A stretch of DNA of 64,000 nt, taken from the NCBI GenBank assembly GCA_951406725.2, contig OX597822.1, positions 64,728,001 to 64,792,000 of the forward strand, in the 5' to 3' direction. Numbering within the stretch: position 1 is the first letter of the stretch; the number at the start of each line of letters is the position of its first letter. Source of the DNA: Octopus vulgaris. Lineage: Eukaryota. This document shows positions 56,745-64,000 of this stretch, piece after piece. The position numbers and the translations under genes are program-made. The notes under the pieces are model-generated. The model had not been told where the DNA came from. It saw only the letters and a program-made list of their open reading frames with translations, and searched no databases.

Positions 56745-57200
56745 CAGCGCGGTATATTCGGCACGTGATACGTTTGCCACGTGATACATTTAGTACGTGG
56801 TACATTTGGTTCGTGTTACATTTGGTACGTGGCGCATTTAGCACGTGGTGCATTTAGCATGTGTTGCATTCAGCACGTGGTACCTTTTGTACGTGGTACA
56901 TTTGGCACGTGGTACCTTTGGTACGTGTCACATTTGGTACGTGTTACATTTGGTACGTGGTGCATTTAGCATGTGTTACATTCAGCACGTGGTACCTTTG
57001 GTGCTTGGTACATTTGGCACGTGATACATTTGGCACATGGTACATTTAGCACGTGGTCCGTTTGTTACGTGTTACATTTGGCCCTTGGTACATTTACCGC
57101 ATGGTACATTTGCCGCGTGGTACGTTTGCTACATGGTACATTTGTCACGTGGTACAATTTGTACGTGGAATATTTGGTACATGGTACATTTAGCGCGTGT
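56745..57200 (+). repeat. 16-bp minisatellite, about 28 units, consensus GGCACGTGGTACATTT
   Basis: Exact 16-nt periodicity with point variants. Confidence 0.92.
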
Positions 57201-57212
57201 TCAATCCCACAA

Positions 57213-57440
57213 CGATTTGCAGGATATTACTGGAGAAGTGAGCAGGAAAATAGACACAATCAACTGTTGTGGGAATCAACTCAGAGGAGACACAGAAGAG
57301 ACGCAGAAGAGGAATACCTTCACGAACATTCATCAATCAACTCTCAGATGATACAAATCTCAGTGAGGAGATGTCAAAAGCGATAGAGAATCTTGAATTG
57401 CGGAGGAATGTTGTCAGGAATGTTCGACCGTGGTCGGAAT
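57213..57440 (+). pseudogene. RTE-type LINE extreme C-terminal fragment
   Basis: RFAGYYWRSEQE...QLLWESTQ...DDTNL..EMSKAIEN resembles RTE/RTE-X RFAGHCWRS.EE...LLLW.P..G. Confidence 0.55.
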
Positions 57441-57718
57441 GAGGAACTCTATGTTCAACATGATAATGAAAGCCATGTGTAATAGCGGATACAAGAAATC
57501 TTTTTGTAACAAGAGATCAATTCCACTGCGAAATACATTGGGACACGTCTTCGGATCCATCCAATTCTTGTGACTACTGGTAATTGGAAGATGTAGTTTT
57601 GTCGCACACTTGATTGCAGACACTGTCCTGGAATGTATCCTGGACCTAGAGGCAGTGATGATGGACTAACAAGTGTGGCGGATAGACTTTGTTGCTATGG
57701 CCCGGGTTGGAACTCAGC

Positions 57719-57800
<82 letters not shown>

Positions 57801-57802
<2 letters not shown>

Positions 57803-58412
57803 TTCTACTGGAAGCACAAGGCCTGAAATTTGGTGGGAGGAGATAAGACGATTACTCCGACCCCAGTGCATAAATGGTACTCCGAAAGGATGAAAGGCAA
57901 AGTCGAAGTCAGCAGAATTTGCACTCAGAACGTAGCGACGGGAGAAATACCGCTAAATATTTCGTCCAGCGCGCCAACGATTCTGCCAACTCGCTGCCTT
58001 AATAATAATAACAATAATCCTTTGTGCTATAGGCACAAGGCCTGAAATTTAGAGGAGGGGGATAGTCGATTATATCGACCCAAGGTTTTACAGGTGCTTA
58101 ATTTATCGACCCCGAAAAGATGAAAGGAAAAGTCAACCTCGGCGGAATTTGAACTCAGAACGTAGCGGCAAACGAAATACGTATTTCTTTACTACCCACA
58201 AAGGGCTAAACACAGGGAGGACAAACAAGGACAGACAAACGGATTAAGTCGATTACATCGACCCCAGTGCGTAGCTGGTACTTAATTTGTCGACCCCGAA
58301 AGCATGAAAGGCAAAGTCGACCTCGGCGAAATTTAAACTCAGAACGTAATGGCAGACGAAATACGGCTACGCATTTCGCCCGGCGTGCTAACGTTTCTGC
58401 CAGTTCGCCACC
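57801..58412 (-). mobile_element. Family A SINEs (single copy plus tandem dimer)
   Basis: Consensus cores at ~57885, ~58110 and ~58295. Confidence 0.85.
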
Positions 58413-58417
58413 TTATT

Positions 58418-58570
<153 letters not shown>

Positions 58571-59762
58571 AATAAAAACAATTGTCACACACATTTTATT
58601 TTGTATTCTGCATCATTATTTGGTTTGTGTACAGTATCTAGCATATGCGAACCTCAAAGAATATAAGAATTTCCCTCTAGTCAGACTCAACTTTATACAC
58701 AAAGTTACAGAGAGTCTATTCAAGAGTTAAGTTAAAATTAAAAGTGTTGAGGCTTTGATAATGCATATAGACGCAAGTTTAACTGAGTAGTTAAGATTGC
58801 TTGGCAATCATGAGGTCCTAGATTCGAATCCATTACGTGGCACCTTAAGCTAAATACTCCTTTTTATACCTTATTTTCGGGTTGACCCAAAATTGCAAGT
58901 GAAACTGTACGCAGAGCCTGTCAGATTGAACCGTTGATTCAAAGGCTCGGTCTTGTTACATACCAATTCACATTGATTCTGCTTAAAAACTGTAATAAAA
59001 TAAAGGGGGCGAACTGGCAGAAACGTTAGCATGCAGGGCGAAAACCCTAGCGATATTTCATCTGCCGCTACGTTCTGAGTTTAAATTCCGCCGAGTTCGA
59101 TTTTGCCTTTCATCTAGTCGACTGGCCACCTCCCCCAAAATTTCGGGCCTTGTGTCTAGAGTAGAAAAGAATAAAATTAAACGCTCTGTGGAATACTCAT
59201 ACACTTAAACAGTAACTCAATAAATGGGTAACTCCAAGAACACTTGATTATTATAGTTTTACAGATACATCATTTGTACTGCTGAATGAACAACTAAAAT
59301 GATCATCGTCGAAAACGAAGGAGTCTCGTTTAAAATGTTTATTGGAGTATGTATATGGGGGCGCGCGAACGTGTGCGTGCGTGTGTGTATGTGTGTGTGT
59401 GGGGAGGATTTGCTTGTAGAAAATATGAGAACGGATGTAAAATTCAGTGTTACATAAGGAGTCTATCTGATGGCTGGTTTCTATGGAATATTCAGCCAAC
59501 TAAACTATATTTCAATGTGTAGTTATTTCCGTAGATCAAACAACTCTCACACCTGTTCGTCGACACGAAAACCACCGGAAATGTGTTTACTCAATCCATA
59601 AAAGAAAAGAAAAACATTTGATTAAACATAATGGCAGATTTCTTTTTTAAAAAAATGTGAAAAGATTTAGAGAAAAGAAAGAAATTGTAAATGTGCTTAT
59701 GATTTGCTATTTTCTTTTTTCTTTTTTCCTTTTTTTGCTTTGCAAACTCTCTCTCTCTCTCT

Positions 59763-59978
59763 CTCTTTTCTCTTTTACTTGATTCAGTCATTTCACTGCG
59801 CCCAAGCTGGAGCACCGCCCTTAGTCGAAGAAATCGATCCCAGGATAGATTCTTTGGAAGACTAGTACTTATTCTATCGGTCTCTTTCGCCGAACCGCTA
59901 AGTTACGGGGACGTAAACACACCAGCACCGGTTGTCAAGCGATTTTGGGAGGACAAACACAGACACACAAACATATAC

Positions 59979-60027
<49 letters not shown>

Positions 60028-60171
60028 CTACGGGCTTCTTTCAGCTTCCGTCTACCAAATCCACTAACATGGCTTTGGTTGACCCGAGGCTACTGCAGAA
60101 GACACTTGCCCAAGGTGTCACGTAGTGGAACTGAACCCGGAACCATGTAGTTTGCAAGCAAGCTACTTACT
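59763..60171 (-). mobile_element. Family B SINE
   Basis: Consensus match. Confidence 0.85.
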
Positions 60172-60172
60172 T

Positions 60173-60175
60173 ATG

Positions 60176-60241
<66 letters not shown>

Positions 60242-60419
60242 TCGAAAAATGCCTTAGGAATGAGAATCCAGGTTCGAAATTTCCCCAAGACACCTGATGA
60301 AGCTTGGAGGGTATATCAGCCGAAACGTTGTGTTAACAACAAACAAGATAATTACAAATATCCGTCAAATGTAAATAATGTAAGTAATGTACATAATTCC
60401 TCATCTCTTAAATATAGAA
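60173..60419 (+). mobile_element. Family H element lacking its head: (AAT)n plus hammerhead body
   Basis: GACAC-CTGATGA-AGCTTG..CAGCC-GAAA-CGTT-GTGTT at 60289-60334. Confidence 0.8.
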
Positions 60420-60869
60420 AGGTTCAATCACTACAGACTGTAAACAAATTTCCTTTTCAGTTTAATAAATAGGGGATGGCGGAGAAAACATCCACCAAAA
60501 GACTAAGTATTCTACGAATGTTTCTGCACGTAATGTAATTCTGTTGCGAAGTGGTTGGGTATTCCACCAAACGTTTAATTTTAACAACTTTTAGGTAGAA
60601 TCAGCGTGACATAATGTGTGTGACAAGACTAATCCGTTTAGATAAAGGAACCATCACACAGGATTCCTTACAGTTTCTGCGTATCAACTTTACCTTGTAA
60701 GTCGTCCGGTCAACCCGAAGCTAATATATAAAAGCGATGGTGTAGCTCAAGGGAATACGTTGTGCGTGGGGTCGAATCTTGGATATGACCGCAAAGCAAA
60801 CTTCTTAAAAACATTCGGCCATGTTTGCGTACTTATACAGAAGATGCACACATGCGTGCGTTCCCACAA

Positions 60870-60938
<69 letters not shown>

Positions 60939-61085
60939 AACAAACACACACACACGCAGACACAGACACAAATACACTGTACTCACGTATGCACAGACGT
61001 ACAGATGTAAACACAAATACACACACACAAATACATATAGACTCTGCTACAATAGTTGGTATTTTACACACGCACACACACGTAC

Positions 61086-61254
61086 GAGTGGGTGTGTGGT
61101 AAGTAGCTTGTTTACGAACCACATGGTTCCGGGTTCAGTCACACTGCGTGGCACCTTGGACAATTGTCTTCTACTATAGCCTCGGGCCGACCAAAGCCTT
61201 GTCAGTGGATTTGGTAGACGGAAACTGAAAAGACGCCCGTCGCATATATGTATG

Positions 61255-61292
<38 letters not shown>

Positions 61293-61600
61293 GTGCTAAG
61301 CCACTTGGTGTTAAATTGATAGTATTATTAAATTAATATCAAATTTTTCACCCTCATTTGTATATATATATATATATATACATGTGTGTATACGTTTGTG
61401 TGTCTGTGTTTGTCGCCCCAACATCGCTTGACAACCGATGCTGGTGTGTTTACGACCCCATAACTTCACGGTTCGGCAAAAGTAGCCGATAGAATAAGTA
61501 CTAGGCTTACAAAGAATAAGTCCTCCGGTCGATTTGCTCGACTAAAGGCGGTGCTCCAGCAAGGCCGCAGTCAAATGACTGAAACAAATAAAAGAATAAA
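61086..61600 (+). mobile_element. Family B SINE with a ~75-bp AT-rich insert in its (TA)n linker
   Basis: Consensus halves separated by unique sequence at 61285-61362. Confidence 0.85.
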
Positions 61601-62220
61601 TAAAATAATACAAAGATAAACACAATCGGAATCACACACGCAGACGTAAACAAGCACACACAAATACACACCTACAAACCATATACTCATACACTATGCT
61701 TCAACATTTGATATTTTATATACAAGCACACACACACACACACTTGCACACACACGCATACGCACACACATACGCGCAGTCATGCACAACACGCGCGCGC
61801 ACACATACACATACGCACACAAACACCCATACGCACACACATACACACATTCATGGACACACACGCGCACACACACACAGTGGCACACGCACACACACGC
61901 ATACGCACAAACATACACACACTCATGCACGCATACGCGCACACACACACACGCGCGCTTCCATGTTTACAGACAACCTGATGCTTCAAAACAAGTAAAA
62001 TAACTATAAATACATATACAGAGTCTAAATCTTTTCAACCCATTCACACACACACACACAAAGACATATACATATACACACAGGCGCACACACACACATA
62101 TGCACACTCACAAACACATACACATAAACAGAGACACACGTACACACACAGTTCCATGTTTTCTGATAACCTGTAGACTTCAAACAAATAAAATTACTAT
62201 AAATACGCTCACACACGTAC

Positions 62221-62270
<50 letters not shown>

Positions 62271-63102
62271 AATCAATCTAACGAACACCCACTGCCACAC
62301 AAACATATACATGCAAAGACATACATACATACATACATACACACATACACCTACAGAAACCCAGATAATTTTTCACGCAAGACAACAACCTGTATACTTC
62401 AAATAAGAAGCGTAAATTTATAGCCACACACACTCAAACATCAGCAGACACACACATACACGCGCACAGAGACATACACAGACATACACACACACATAAA
62501 GACACATCAGTACAAACGCACAAATTCTCGAACTAAAAAGATACACAAAGACATATACTCCACACATGGTCACGCAAACACATACTCTCATACATACGAA
62601 ACACGTAATCATACACACGTAATTAACACAGGCACACATATACATAAATAATACATAATGCTTACATAATACATGCGTACAAATACGTAGTTTCTTGTTA
62701 GACAACCTGTATGCTTCAAACGAGCAAATTTAATACAGACGCGCGCACACACACTCACACACACACATACAATTTAATGTATATTCATAGGCATAAGCAC
62801 ACACATGCACACACTGGCAGTGTTTTTTTCGAAAAGCCATATTTTTTTCTTCCCTTTTGACGCTTTCAAAAGAATTGCTTTCCTTACCAATATTTATAGC
62901 TGTACATATGTCAGTGAGGGGAGAGAATAATCTCCAAGAGACCTGATACATACATACATACATACATACATACATACATACATACATACATACATGCATA
63001 TCTGTATATATAATACATCTACATCATTTGTGTCGTTATGTGCACACAAACACACACACACACACTGACATACATAGGTATATATATAATATATATACAT
63101 AT

Positions 63103-63142
<40 letters not shown>

Positions 63143-63256
63143 TAATATACATATATACATATGTATATATGTACATATATATATGTACAAATATATACAT
63201 ACATAAATATGTATGTTCTGTATATATATGTACATATTTATATGCATGTGTGCATA

Positions 63257-63329
<73 letters not shown>

Positions 63330-63453
63330 TATACATAAATACATGTGTATGTAGATATTTATATATATGTATATATAAATATTATACGTATATTACATAT
63401 ATATATATATATATATATGTATACATACATATATGTGTATAATGATATGTGTG

Positions 63454-63504
<51 letters not shown>

Positions 63505-63696
63505 CACACACATGTTTACATCTGAAGATAATATGGAAATGTCATAACCTATATCGCACACTAAATTGTTGGGAATGTGGGCGATTCTTTTCAGAAGTAA
63601 GAGTAACCTTTCATTAATGTATTAGATAAAAAGTAGAAAGAAAAATATAAAACTTATACGCAGATATATATAATATAAAAAAGAAAACGAAATATA

Positions 63697-63790
<94 letters not shown>

Positions 63791-64000
63791 TCTACGTTAA
63801 TGTTAATGAAACTAAAACAGTGGCGGTGTGTGCAAATAGAGTTATATTTAGATTCAAATTGCTCACTGCAGCATGGCGGATTTAACTTCATGCAATCTTC
63901 TTTCTTTCAACAACTGAAATACAGCGGCCATTTTGGAGAAAAAAAAGAGAAAAGACACAATCCGAATAGAAACGGTATAATCAGTTAAAGTTTTACGTCA

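Noticed and set aside
56745-57200. CRISPR-like array
   Set aside because: Contiguous 16-bp units with no unique spacers, no cas genes and a eukaryotic context.

Overview
AT-rich eukaryotic DNA saturated with microsatellites and SINEs. The repeat content (CORE-like, Meta/MESC-like and V-like tRNA SINEs, long (TA)n/(CA)n/(TAA)n tracts) looks like an octopod cephalopod (Octopus-like) genome; this is an inference. Almost all ORFs in the supplied track are microsatellite or SINE artefacts and no intact protein-coding gene is evident. Supported content: many SINE copies from three main families; decayed Tc1/mariner elements (a DD36E-type Tc1, a DD37D maT derivative, a deleted mariner, MITEs); LINE fragments (RTE, R4/Dong-like 3' end, probable L1/Tx1 5' end); and a Penelope-like GIY-YIG remnant. 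The most notable signal is about 11 hammerhead-ribozyme (HHR) motifs from several sequence families. One family, seen five times, has a tRNA-like Pol III head, an (AAT)n linker and a minimal hammerhead, and includes a Penelope-style head-to-head inverted dimer. Also noted: a two-template inverted insertion inside a SINE, a 16-bp minisatellite apparently born from a SINE CORE segment, and a candidate terminal exon of an amidated neuropeptide precursor (minus strand, ~38.5 kb). All coordinates and alignments were read by eye.
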